64,000 nt of DNA from Lama guanicoe (lineage: Eukaryota). Positions 37,175 through 49,800 of the stretch are shown here, piece by piece. How positions within the stretch are numbered: the stretch's first letter is position 1; every line of letters starts with the position of its first letter. The notes below the pieces were generated by a model. The model worked only from the letters and a program-made list of their open reading frames with translations, was not told the DNA's origin and searched no databases. A program made the translations under genes and the position numbers. Location: positions 3,150,677 through 3,214,676 of the forward strand of contig MU054117.1 in NCBI GenBank assembly GCA_013239625.1, in the 5' to 3' direction.

Positions 37175-37390
37175 TCGTAATTCAATCAACCATCTTTTGC
37201 TTGGCAACGTGCTGGGTGTCTGTACGGACGCTTTTATTTGAATATTCCCAGTCTTCCAAGAAGGACGTGTGATTACCCCCACTTCAAAGATGGGCCAAGT
37301 CCCCTCTCATGATAATTTGCTAAGTTCTCAACATCACACAAACCCGGATTTGAACCCAAGTTGGTGATGGGAGCTTTGTGGGGCAGGCAG
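37175..37390 (-). mobile_element. MIR
   Basis: ATTACCCCCACTTCAAAGATG...GGATTTGAACCCAAG. Confidence 0.6.
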
Positions 37391-38889
37391 TGCTGGTTCT
37401 ACAGCGGGCTCCCCCCTCCTCCAGTGACCCCCTTCTCATGCCTTCTCCCCAAATCTGGCCTGGCCCTCCTGCTAAAGAGGAGATGCGAGGGTACGAGTGA
37501 CTCCTTGGGCTGTAAACCTTGCCGGAAGCGGACTGCCCAGCCAGCGTGGGGATCGTGAAGAGCCCCATCCTGGCTCTGCAGCAGGCCCACCTCCTCGAGG
37601 CAGCCTCTCCACTTCCTCCAGGCAGTCCCTTCCACCTCCGGCTGGGACAACTGGTTAAATGTCACTTCCTCCTGTGAACAAAAAGGTCCCCAGCTGATTC
37701 CTAACAGAGACCCAGGCTGGTCATCCAAGAAAGCTTGCAAAACATGCCCTGGATCCCTCACACGCCGAGAAGTCCAGACCAGCGGGGTGACAGCTTTCTC
37801 CCAGGGCTCGTAAATTCCAGCAATGAAGAGGAAAGGGCTTGGCACCGCCTGCGGGCTTGGGGTGGAGTTCAGCTCAGTTCTGGAGAAGCTGAGCAAGACC
37901 CTGGGCCACCTCCCCCCTCTGCCCCAGGTGCCCCGGATGCCAGTGTCTCCCCTGCTTCCCAGGACAGTGCCCAAATGCGGTGGGACAGAGGCCAAGAGCC
38001 TGGCTGGTTTTGGTTTCTCTTCTGCAATGTCACAGAGAAGGTAGTAGAGTGAAAAACCGGGGATGGAGACGTGCAGACTTAAGCCCGGGTGAGCGCGCGG
38101 TTTCCCTAGCTTCAGAATCTGCTCCTGCCTCTCTCTGTCAAATAGGGGGACGCCCGGGTCTCTGACCTCCCAGCCTGCTGTGGGGCCAAGTGAACAGCAG
38201 GGTAGGGCATCCTCCCTTGAATTTCCCCAAGCCCTTGAGAGCCAACATGTAGGCGCCCCGGGCTGCTTCCTCCCCCATCCGTGGGAAACAGGTACAACTT
38301 ACCCCGAGGAAACCATAATTAGGAAGAAAAATCTGCTGTGAAGATGTACATGATTGAATTTTAGGGCTGAAAGGAACCTTAAATGTATTTATTCTAATGA
38401 TACCAAAAGCAAAATAGAAATAGTGTTTAGGGATTTTTTTTTCTGTTCCTGTAGCACAAGGAGTGGGGAGCAGATCCGGTCACGGCCTCATCCTCTCCCT
38501 GAGGACCGCCCCTCCTTAGGACCGTAATATCCTCCCACGAGACCCCTGTGGAGCAGAAGGAAGGCAGGGGCTCATCGCCCCAAGTTTTTCAGACTTGGAA
38601 ACCGGGGCGCGAAGACACCAGGCAGCTCTGCCAACGTCAGACAGGACACTGAGCGCAGAACTGAGATACAGTGCAGGTCTCTCTACCCCAGTGGAGGACC
38701 GCGGGCGTCAATTACAGCGGCTCAGCATTAGGACGTTTCCTATCTCCAAGCGGAGCGCGGCAGCTGCTGGTCACAAAGCATAATTAGAACGGGGAGAAGG
38801 GCCACTGAAAGCAGATCCTGAGATTTTACAGAAAATAGTCAAAAAAGAAAAGAAAAAACCAGGAAAAATGATGCTACAGATTACGAAAG

Positions 38890-39290
38890 CACGCTCTCAG
38901 GAAAAGAGAACGTGCGCTGCAGTCACTGCTGCGCGCAGCATCTCAGAGCAGTTCGTGAAGCCTGGTCCGTTCGGCACAGTCCTTCTTGCGCAACTTTAAG
39001 ATGGCGCTGCGGGGCCTCGCAGTTGGCTGGCGGTTTTCAAAGTGCGGCTGAGTGGAGACCGCCCTCGTCAGCCACCTCAGGGCGCTCCCTTAGTCCTCCG
39101 GTGCTAACGGCTTTCTCTGCGGAAGCCAGCCTGCTCTTTTTGCGGCGTCCCCGCAACCCGCGCGCACTTCGCACCTTTATTTCACGCAGACAGCCTTGTA
39201 CGAAGAAGCGGTGTTTGCAGGGCTATTTGCATCTGAAAAGTGCCCGGTGCGTTAATGAGCACTTACATGCCGGGTGACTTTGCCCCCGCG
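38890..39290. promoter_or_regulatory. CpG-rich non-repeat element with YY1-like and octamer motifs
   Basis: Palindrome TGCTGCGCGCAGCA at 38927-38940, AAGATGGCG at 38998-39006, ATTTGCAT at 39225-39232. Confidence 0.35.
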
Positions 39291-39817
39291 TTTATCTTGT
39301 CACTTGAGGGGGGCAGGGCAGGTAGGACAATGACAGGGGCCCTTCTTCCTCCCAGCCAACCCCAGGGAGGTCCGGTGGGCTGGATTGTTTCGTAAGTGAG
39401 CTGGCTGAGCTCGCACCCGCCGTCCACGCCCACGCTTGGGCCTCTTTGCAGCCTGACTGTTGGGGCGGGCTCTGTGGAGAGCACAGCAGATGGTCTTGGG
39501 ACCCCTGCTTTTCTCTGACGGGGGCATCATTTCCAGGCTGAAAGTCGGGTTCCTTCGGTACCACCGCTGTTCTCAGTAGCCGGCCCCTTCGGGCCATGAG
39601 GACTCCTGCTGCACGGGTGGAGAGGGGAGGCGGAGTCTTAAAATTCCAGGCGGGAAGGTCATGTTCCTCTCCATCACTTCATTCACCCACTCATGCAGTC
39701 GATGTGTTACCCCCAAAGGTACAGATCCCAGTTCTTGTCAGACCCAAAAGGTAAGTTTACAGTCAGGAGACGGTGCATTGCGTGGCGAAAGATTTTGGAA
39801 TATTTATTTAAAAAAAG

Positions 39818-40078
39818 GAGTTCAAAATTTGTAGATACTGACAGGCATATGCAGAACAGATAAACAAGATTATACTGTGCAGCACCGGGAAATATATACA
39901 CGATCTTGTGGTAGCTCACAGCGAAAAAAATGCGACCATGAATATGCATACGTTCACGTATAACTGAAAAAGTGTGCTCTGCACTGGAAATTGACACAGT
40001 GTTGTAAACTGACTATAACTCAAAAGAAGTTAAATAAATAAATAAATATTAAAAAAAAAAAAAAAGAAAGAAAGAAAG
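39818..40078 (+). mobile_element. 5'-truncated camelid L1 3' end
   Basis: Closely matches the L1 tail at 51235-51430 (GATCTTGTGGTAGCTCACAGCGAAAAAAATG); A-rich tail. Confidence 0.9.
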
Positions 40079-40769
40079 TAAAGTGCACCTCCCAGAGTGG
40101 GAGGCAGGCTGACCCAAGGGAGGAGAAGCGGGGGTTCTGTCCCCCTTTCTCTGATACCCTCGCTTAGAGGTGGTCTTCTGACTGATTGACAGCTCTTGTC
40201 CGTGGCGTGCTTAGTCATGCTCGGCCCCCTGTGCACACGTCCCTACCCACAGTGTACACAGAAACACCCCTGGCAGTGAGGGGGGCGCAAAACCAAAATG
40301 TCAGTTATAATACAGTGAGCACTGGGTCATGGCCGGTTAAGCCCTTTCTGCCTCCGCGCAGTCGTGGTTGGCACTCGTTCAGAAAAAGCAAAGTCCCTTT
40401 ACGCTGGAGGCGAGCATAATGCCATCCTGTGGACCATCCCCCCTCTCGTCCCCTATCTGCCTGGCGCCCCCACTTATCTACCTGCCTAACCCCTGAATGT
40501 TGGCCGAGTGACCTGGAGGGAAGCCGCTTCCCCCGGTCAGGGAGCCCTTCGCCCGTTCGAGCCTTCTAGTCGCTGTCCACCCAGGAGACCTGAACTGAGC
40601 GGCGAATGAGCGGCGGGGGTTACTCTAAGTGACGTGAGGGTAGAAATGGCTATGACGCGCTCGTAAATCCCCACGGAACTTAAACGTAGTTGGGGACACA
40701 GGATACATACATGAGACATCGACAGCAACTATGAGTCGTTTCAAAGAGCTACACTTGGGAAATGCATTA

Positions 40770-40940
40770 TTATTTATAAGTATCTCTCCTCTTGTCTCCC
40801 AGTCATTCTGCAAGGTGAGTTGGGTTTGTATCATTACCATGCAGACTTAGAGATGAGAAAACTGAGATTCAGAGAGATTCACCTGTATCTGGCAGAGCCA
40901 GGTGTATCCTTTAGGAATGCAGTCCTCTTTCTAGAACATC
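40770..40940 (-). mobile_element. MIR
   Basis: CTTAGAGATGAGAAAACTGAGATTCAGAGAGATT. Confidence 0.75.
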
Positions 40941-41064
40941 CATGTGTTAACCTTTCTAAAAATACCAGAGCCATCAGTCCGCCATAAGAAGGAATGAAGT
41001 ACTGACACGGGCTGCAACACACAGGAGCTCAACAGCAGGAGGCTGAGCGCAGGAGGTTGGAACC

Positions 41065-41321
41065 AAAGGGGAAAGCAGGGGAGGGACAGAGAGTCTGAGA
41101 TTAGCAGATACAAGCTACTGTATATTCAGCAGATAAACAGGAAGGACCTACTGTACAGCACAGGGAACTATGTTCAATATCTTGTAATAGCCTACAATGG
41201 AAAAGAATCTGAAAAAGAATCTCTCTATATATATCACTGAATCACTTTTCTGCATACCTGGAACAACCTGTAAACCTGTAAATTGACTATACTTTAATAA
41301 AAACTAAAAATTAAAAAAAAA
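41065..41321 (+). mobile_element. 5'-truncated L1 3' end (adjacent to an older L1 piece at about 40965-41060)
   Basis: GATTAGCAGATACAAGCTACTGTATA...GCACAGGGAACTATGTTCAATATCTTGTAATAG... then AATAAA and poly-A. Confidence 0.9.
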
Positions 41322-42845
41322 GAATGTAAAAGATACGAGATTTGAATAATCCTGGAAGAGAAGACAGGAGTCCAGGTCTGACTGGGAGCAGCAGCCAAGT
41401 GCAAGGCTTCGGCTGTACACGTCACAGTGACTTTGCTGGTAACCCGCTTCCTCCATGGCCAGGGACCTAGGTCAGGTGGCCCAGGGCTCTTCCCAGGCTC
41501 TCACGACCCCTGGGCTCCTTCTTTGCAGCACTTACAGGCTGGTGGGTGTCTGTTTTCCCCATTCCAAGCTTTCTGGGGGCTGGACCATCCTTCCCCCACC
41601 CCGTGCCTGGCCCAGAGCAGGGGCTTGGCGAATGCAACGGCTCTGGTTCTGGCTGTCCTCCTCGTGGGCCATGTTTCAGCATCTCTCTGAGACTCCGATT
41701 CCTAGGCTGACCTGCACTCCACCATCTGCCTCAGCCCCGCGGACACAACCTGGACCATAACACCGGCTCGTGCGTGTGGCTGAGGTCTTCCCTAAGGCTG
41801 TCCTCGTTACCTCCGGGTACTTCATCCCTGCCAGAGGACCCTGAGCAAATGACACCGACACATCCTTTTTGTGGAGTCAGTGGAAACTGCTTCCTCTTAG
41901 AGAACGTTGCTGCCTCCCATGTCCTCCATCAGGACAGAAGGAGGAGTGGGGACAAGGCATTCCTTCCACAGGCTCTAAGAGAGTGTTTAAACCTCTTCCA
42001 AGAGCTGACCGTGGAACACCACCGGACCTTTTGCACACTGGCCTCTCCCTGGGCTCAGAGCTTATTTCTGTTTGTGCCAGGCTTTCATCTCAGAGCAGCC
42101 AGGCAGGACTGGCCTCCCTCATTTTGCAGTTCAGAAAACCGGAACCCAAGACGACAGATTCTGGTTCCTGAGTCGGTGACCCAGAGAGGGAGCGCTCAGC
42201 CCTCCCCCTGCCTGAGCTGCTGCGTCAGCCTCTGCGGGTCTCTCCCGGCGGCCCTCAGCCGACAGGGACCGCCACCATCTGGACCGAGCTAGCTTCACTC
42301 CCGCCTGGAGGCCGAGGGATGGACTGGATGGCCCCCGCAGGTCCCCTCCGTCCCTGGGCCTCTCCAGCTACCTTCTCTGATTTCCAGCAAACATGCTTTC
42401 TCTGGGGAAAGATGAGTCCGGGGCCCCAGCTTCCCGTGGGGGTCTGTAAGTGATTTCACTTTCCAGCTTGGGGCCTCTGGGCTCCACGAGAGGAACGCTC
42501 AGCAGGTGTCAGAAGGAGCCATTTCAACAACAACACGCTGTATATTTAGGCTCTTCCTAGCAACTCGGGCTCCTGGTTGGTGCAGCACCAACTGGGAGCA
42601 AATCCGAGTCCTCTTCCTGGGCCCCGGCCCCTCCCCAGGGCTCTCAACTGGCTCACTTCTCCGCCTGACGCCTGGGCCCCCGAGCGCTGCCCCCGCCGCC
42701 CGGCCGGGCGCTGGGGGCTATCGAGGCCGCTGCTACCAGGCTCCGCTTTGCTTGGGGGGTTCAGAGCCTCATACAGCTCTGAGACAGCAGGCCATGTTTT
42801 GCCATATTTTTTCCTGATTCTCCCTTCTATTTTTTTTTTAAGCCA

Positions 42846-43258
42846 TCTTTTTTTTCTTTTAATTGAAGTAGAGTTGATTTACAATACTGTGTTAGTTTCT
42901 GGTGCACAGCAAAGTGATTCAATCATACATACACTTATATTCTTTTCCATTATAGGTTGTTACAAGATACTGACTATGGTTCCCTGTGCTCGACAGTAAG
43001 ACCCTGTTGTTTATCTGTTTTATATATAGCAGTTTGTATCTGCTAATCCCAGACTCCTAGTTTATCCCTCTCCCCCTCCCCTTTGGTGACCAGACATTTG
43101 TTTTCTGTGTCTATGAGCTTCTTTCTGTTTTATAAATAAGTTTCTTTGTGTCATTGTTTTTAGATTCCACGTGTAAGTGACATCATGTGATATTTGTCTT
43201 TCTCTGTCGGACTTACTTCACTTAGAATGACCGTCTCCAGGTCCATCCACGGTGCTGT
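42846..43258 (-). mobile_element. L1 3' end
   Basis: TTTTAATTGAAGTAGAGTTGATTTACAATACTGTGTTAG...TCTCCAGGTCCATCCAC. Confidence 0.9.
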
Positions 43259-43354
43259 GAGTCCCACTTCTCTGAATCTCTATTTCCCGAACCCAGCCAA
43301 GGACCTGTGGCCTGGGAGACCATTTCTCTGACGCCTTTGGGTTGAATGAGGGTA

Positions 43355-43560
43355 ACAGCTCCTATTTCCACTCCTTGCTAAGTACCTCCTTTGCTGAGCC
43401 CTATATGTGCGTCATTTCATTTACGCCCGCAGCCACCACATCAGAAATGCGGCTCAGAGACTTCGTTTAGTGAGTCGCCTGAGGTCACTCAGTTAGCAAG
43501 TGGCCAAGTGAGGGCTGCAGCCCAGTCTTGTCTGACTTCACACTCACACCTTGACCCTGT
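43355..43560 (-). mobile_element. MIR
   Basis: GAAATGCGGCTCAGAGA...GCCTGAGGTCACTCAGTTAGCAAGTGGC. Confidence 0.65.
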
Positions 43561-43675
43561 AAACTCACAGGTGTAATCATGGGCTTTGCAGAGAGAGTCA
43601 CGGATCATTTTAACAACAAAACACTGGCATTTCCCAGACCTTTTTTTGTTTGTTTGTTTTTATACTAAAGGTTTT

Positions 43676-43905
43676 TAGGGGGAGGAAGAAATTGGGAATT
43701 TGGGATTAGCAGATACACACTGCTATATGTAAAATAAATAAACAACAAAGACCTACTCTATCGCACAGGGAACTATACTTAATATCTTGAAATAACCTAT
43801 AATGAAGAAGAATCTGAAAAAGAGAATACATATGTATAGATAACTGAATCAATTTACTGTACACCTGAAGCATTGTAAATCAACTGTACTTCAATAAAAA
43901 AGGAA
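43676..43905 (+). mobile_element. 5'-truncated L1 3' end
   Basis: GAATTTGGGATTAGCAGATACACACTGCTATATG...TTGTAAATCAACTGTACTTCAATAAAAA. Confidence 0.9.
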
Positions 43906-43909
43906 GAAA

Positions 43910-44800
43910 GGAAAGTTTTTAGCTGTACAGACACGTCACAGAGTAGGAAATGAACTCCCATCCCCCAGACTCAACGGTTACCAACATTTTGCCATACTTA
44001 CCCCCATCCCTTTCTGTTTTCTCTTTTTTCTATTGTATGTTAAAGAAAAGTCCTGAAATTTTATCATTTTGCCCCTAAATACTTCCATATGGATGTCTAA
44101 ATGGGGGGCAGGTGGAGGGGGAAGGAGACAGAAGGAAGGATTTTTTACAGAATCACAAAGCCAAACCCCCTAACACAGACATAAAGTTTTTTAATAAAAA
44201 ATATTTCTCCATATCACGTAATACCCAGCTCAGCTCTAATTTCTCCTCATCTTTCAAGAAAATCCCTTTTTACTTTAGCTTCTTTAAATAAGGATCCAAA
44301 TAAGATCCACACACTGTATTTGTTTTTTCATTCCCTAAATCTTTCAACTTAGAATCTTATCCTCTTTTTTCTTCTTCTTGGCATCATTGATTTTTAAAAA
44401 ATACTCTATTTATTATTGTATTACTTCACTTTTTTATTTTGGGGGGAGGTAATTAGGTTTATTTATTTTTAGAGGAGGCACTGGGGATTGAACCCAGGAC
44501 CTCCTGCATGCTAAGTATGTGCTCTATCGCAGAGCTGCACCTTCTCCCCTTGGCCTCACTGATTATTAGAGAAGCGGTGCCCGCTGTCCTGTGGACGTTT
44601 CCCTCCCTGGGTTTGTCGAATTGCTTCCATGTGGTGAATTTAGCTTGGCCTTCTGTCTCCTGTACCTCCTGTAAAGCATAGACCCAAAGGCTTGACGGGG
44701 GCAGGTTTGGCAGAAACACCACACGGACGGTGCCGTGTGCCCCCACTGCACAACTTGAAGAGGCAGTGGTTGTCCCAGTCTTGGTGCTGAGAACCATTCA
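43910..44800 (-). mobile_element. Old L1 (L1ME/L1MC-like) 3' region hosting a SINE
   Basis: TACCAACATTTTGCCATACTT...CCCTAAATACTTC...AGGATCCAAATAAGATCCACAC. Confidence 0.6.
44393..44549 (-). mobile_element. tRNA(Ala)-derived camelid SINE (vic-1-like, long form) with TSD
   Basis: GGAGGCACTGGGGATTGAACCCAGGACCTCCTGCATGCTAAG...GAGCT; flanks TTGGCATCATTGATT (44378-44392) and TTGGCCTCACTGATT (44550-44564). Confidence 0.9.
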
Positions 44801-46754
44801 CGTGTTTAGATGGCTCCCAGATATTCTGATGGCTTAGGAAGACAAGATAGAATATTTAAACTCCACATTGTCTCAGGTTCTCTGGACTCTCTGCTGGATT
44901 CTCTTGAGGGCCAGGTTTGAAAACCAAGCCTGGTTACATAGGAAGACCACAGTTTTCTGGCTTCAATAAGGCTGCGGATTTGGGGATCTGAGAGCTCTCT
45001 CTGCAGAGGGGAGAGGTGTGCTGGAAGTGCTCTGGCACGTTTGCAGATGGAGGCAAATTTCCCTGGGGGCTCGCCTGCGGCTGTGGTCCACACTCATGAG
45101 CTAATGATCCAGGAATTAGAGGGTGCCTGGCTGTCGCTGGCACCAGAGACAGGAAGGAGGAACCAAGTCAGGAGAAAGCCAGGCACAGACCCAGTGAGCT
45201 GAGGGGGCAGCTTGAAGAAGTAGCTGGAGGAGAAGCACTGAGAGTCAGCAGGAGGAGACAGTAAGTCAGCAGAACTTGGACCAAGGGATGGAAAAGACTC
45301 TATGCAAAGCACTTACTCTGTGCAGAGTGAGGGACATCAGCAAGTCATGAGGAGAGTGCTTAGGGCTGGGCGATTAGACGTGGCACCCGGTCCGAAGAGA
45401 CTTAGCATCATGAAGTTCTCAGGTTGAAGGGCCCTTAAAAATCATCTCGTCCGACGAAGATGCTGTGCTCAGAAAAGAGGAGTCACCTGTTCAAGGTGAC
45501 ACAGGGTCACAGCTGGCACAAGAACCTAGTTTCCACCAAGTTCTCACCAAGCCCTCCTCAGGCTACAGCACTGTCTTTCTTCCTCAAGGAGCAGTGGCTG
45601 GATGGGCGAAGTCTTCCTGACCGGAGGTGGAGGGGGTCTGGACTGAGAAGCCAGACTTCACTCGTGGTCACCCAGCCCAAGCCAAGCTTCTGTGACGAAG
45701 CCTCACGCCTGGAGTTTGCTGAAGTCCTTTTAGCTTGTGTCCTGTTTCTGCCCTGACCGTGTGAACCACTTAGCATGGATGACAACATGCGACGTATAAG
45801 AGTGAATATAGAGGGACGAGAGCAGGGTGGGGGGTACGATACAGTTCCATGGTCCAGGTTTAAAAAATGAGACCCCTGCACTCCCTCATCCATCGTCTCA
45901 TTACAGCGATTAAGGCTGGAGGACAAGGCGTAGACCCCTACTCCACTGATTGGTGGTGTTTCCACTTGTGTCTTAGTACATGATGCTTTACTTGAAGGCT
46001 GGGGCCTCAAATCAGTCACCTACCTCTTTCTGTCACTTAGCAGAGGAAGTAGCACATAGCAACAAAGGGTACTTAATCATATGGCTTGTTGGATGAATGA
46101 ATAAACAACAAGGCACATCATCGTAATCACATACTTTCCTTAATCCATCCCCCTCACTCTTCTTGGAGCAATGGTCTTCAGACGTCACCAGCCCCCTACA
46201 CACACACACACAATTTTTTAAATTATGTATTCTCTCTTCTGTTTGTAAGCCACCATCCAAAAGTGTACATCAAAAGTGTGAACATGTTGTTAAAATCGAT
46301 ATAGTTTCCAGAGTCTTATAAAAATTGGCAATTTAAAATAAAATACTTAAATCATACTTTTAATTTGCAGTGGAAAATAGTTACAGCAATTATTTGACAT
46401 ATGACATCATACACTTAAAAATGTATAAGCAAGTTCTTTTTTTTATGGTTACGGATTTTATATTATTTCCTTTTCTTTTTGAAATTGCATTTCTACTTCC
46501 CTTCACTTGTTGTAATTCAACACAATTATGTTCAGAGGCATAATTTTCAAAATTCCTGTAACTGTCATATTCTAACTATTACTAGAATTATTAAAATTAT
46601 GATTCCCTATTAGGTTATGATAATAATTACTAGTAGTACATAGCTGATAAAAACAGTATAAAATATTATACTTTTGATAAGAAAATTTTTAACATAGAAC
46701 ATACCAATATAGACCATATCCTGGGTCATTAAACAAACCTCAATACATTAAAAT

Positions 46755-46872
46755 TTTTTAAAAAATTTACATAATTTTAAAAGGTTACTTTGCATTTACA
46801 GTTATTAAATTGGCTATCCTCCCATGTTGTGCAATACATACATCCTTCAGCTTATCTTATGCCCAATAGCTT
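46755..46872 (-). mobile_element. Short antisense L1 3'-end-like insert within ORF2
   Basis: AAAGGTTACTTTGCATTTACAGTTATT...TTGGCTAT...TGTTGTGCAATACAT interrupts otherwise colinear ORF2. Confidence 0.6.
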
Positions 46873-49800
46873 TTGTCAACACAGTTGAAATAATTTAAAT
46901 AACAGAGTTTGTTCTCTAACCACAGGAGACTGAAACGAGAAGTCAGTAACAGAAAGACAACAGGAAAAGACCAAAACATTTCTACATAATCCATGGGAAG
47001 AAAGGAAGTCTCAGGGGAAATCCAAAAATACATTGAACCGAAAGAAAACGAAACACAGCATGTCGGAAGTAAGGGGACCCCGCTAAGCGCTATGGAGGGG
47101 AGACTGGGCAGCACCAGATGCCCCCCTGGTACAGACCGTGTCCCGGGGGCACGAAACAAACCTCAACGCATTTTAAAGCATTCTTATATATTTAGAAAAG
47201 AGGAAAGGTCTCGTGCCAATAACCAAATCTCCCACCTTAAGAACCTAGAAAATGAAGAGCAGCTATTCCCAAGGAGGCGGGGGGAAAAAGGAAATAATGC
47301 AGACGAGAAGAGGGAAAATCAGTGAAATGTAAAAACAGAAAAGCCGCAGGGAAAAAGCTGTGAAATAAAGAGCTGGTTCCTTGGACAGATCAACAAAATT
47401 GACAAACCTCCAGCAAGACTGACAAAGAAAAGGAGAGAGAGAGAGAGAGCACGAGTGACTAACATCAAGAGTGAAGCTGGGCTGTCCCTGCAGAGCCAAG
47501 AGACAGCACAACAATAAAGGAGTCCTACAGACAGCGCGACCTCAGAACCTTGACCACTCGGATGCAATGGACCAGTTCCTCAACAAACACAAAGCTACAG
47601 ATAATTGCAAAAAATTACAACTGACCCAATATGAAATAGGGAATCTAAATAACCCTATAATCATTAAGAAAATTGAATTTATAATTTTAAAACTCAAAAG
47701 AAAAATCTCCAGACTCAGATGGTTTCACTGGAGAATTTTACCAAATTTAAAGAAGAACTAACATCAATTCTACACAATCTCTTCCAGAAAGTACAGGAGA
47801 AGGAAACACATCCTCATTCATTTTATGAAGCTAGTATTATTATAATACCAAAACCAGACAAAGACAGTACAAAAAAAAAAAAAAAAAAAAAGAAGAAGGA
47901 AAACTATAGACCAATAAATTTCATAAATATAGACAAAAATTTTTAATAAAATATTAGCAAATAGAATTCAACAATTATAAAAAGAATTATACACCATCGC
48001 CAAGTGGGGTTTATTCCAGAGATGCAAGGCTGGTTCAATATTTTAAATTTCATCAATATAATCAATCATATTAACAAGTTAAAGAAGAAAAGTTATATGA
48101 TCAAATCAACCCATGCAGAAAAAGCATCTGACAAAATTCAGCATCCATTCATTTCCTCAGGAAAAAAAAGCACGGGGGTAGAAAATAACTTCCTCAACTT
48201 GACGAGGAACAGCTGCAAAAAATCTACAGCGAACATTATGCTTAAAAGTTAAAAACTGCATGTCTTTCCCCCTAACACTGGGAACAAGGCAACAATGTCT
48301 GCTTTCACCACTTTATTCAGCGTAGTCCTGGAAGTTCTTGCCAGGGCAATACAGCAAGAAAAGGAAATAAAAAGCATATGGATCAGAAAACAGAAAGAAA
48401 CCGTCTCTATTTTCAGATGATATGACTGTGAAAAAATCCCAAGGAGTCTACAAAAGACTCCTAAAACCAAGTAAGTGAGCCTGGCAGGTTCACAGAATAT
48501 TAGATAAACACACAAAAAGCAATCCGTTGTATCCATAAACAGCAAACAAATGGACATCAAAATAAGAAACAGAATCCCATGTTACAATTGCTTGAAATCT
48601 AACAAAATAGGTACAGAACTTACACACTTAAAATTACACACTGCTGATGAAGGAAGTCAGGGAGGTGTAAATGGAGAGGCGAGCCGTGCTGAACACTGGA
48701 AGACTCAAGTAGTCACTCAGGTGTCAGTTCTTCCCAAACTGATACACGTGCACAACGCACTTCTTATCAAAATCCCAGCAATATTTCAGTAAGTATCCAC
48801 AAGATTATTCCAAACTTTGATGGAAAGGCAAGGAGCTAGAAATGCCAGAATAATTTTGAGAAAGAAAAATAAATTGAGAAAAATCAATCTAGCTGTTTCC
48901 AGGACTGACTTACAGGTACAGCAAATCAACAATCAAGACTGTGTGTTACTGATGGAAGATCAGACGTGGAGACACATAGAACAGAATACAGAACACAGAA
49001 ATAGACACACAGAATGTGTTCAACTTACGTGTGGGAAATGTGCGAAACCAGTGAAACGAAGGAAGATAGCCTTTTCAACAAATGGTGCTGGAGCAACCGG
49101 GTAGCCATCAACGTGAAAATAAATCAATAAACTGAAGCCTCAACACCTTCTACAAAAATTAACCCAAAGTGGATCACAAACTTAGATATAAAATATAAAG
49201 TGATAACGTTTTTTAGACAAAATTAAGAGAAAATCAGCAGGCTCTAGGCTAAACAAAAGAGCTCTTAGACTTGACATGAAAACTACAATCTGTAAAAGGA
49301 AAAACTGATAAGCTAGACTTTACCAACATTTTCAACTTTAGCTCTGCCAAGGAGCCCACCGAGAGGATGAAAAGCCAAGCTACAGACAGGAAGAAAATAT
49401 TTGCAAACCACCAAAGTAGAATGCAGAAAGAACTCAAGAAAAAGTAAAGTTGTTTTGCTCAAAGAGTTAAAAAGCAAACAATCCAATTAGAAAGTGGGTG
49501 AAAAGTATGAAAGACCTTTCACCAAAGATAATCTAAAGATAACAAGTAAGTAGTGGAAAGATGCTCAATACCCTTAGCCAGTAAAATCACAACATGTCAT
49601 TGCACACGAATCGGAGTGGTTAAAATGAAACATACTTGAATCAATGAGGGAAACCCATCCTTTCTCACCGCTCCCGCCCGGTGTTAGCCTGGATGTCTGA
49701 GCTAGTGCAGTAAGACGAGGTCGGCAGTAAAAGGCATACACACTGAGGTGGAAGAAATAAAACTTTCTTCGTTTGCAGATGACATCATTGTCTAGGTGGA

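Noticed and set aside
44470-44549. tRNA gene (also 11280-11358)
   Set aside because: Degenerate cloverleaf with A-rich tail, and a TSD at the 44.4-kb copy; these are SINEs
46200-46690. AT-rich block as a conserved enhancer
   Set aside because: Abuts the L1 nest and looks more like a decayed DNA-transposon or LINE relic; family could not be assigned
47471-49104. Reverse-transcriptase-like peptides as an active or domesticated gene
   Set aside because: Fragmented L1 ORF2 with many frameshifts and stops and a disrupted catalytic motif near 48410
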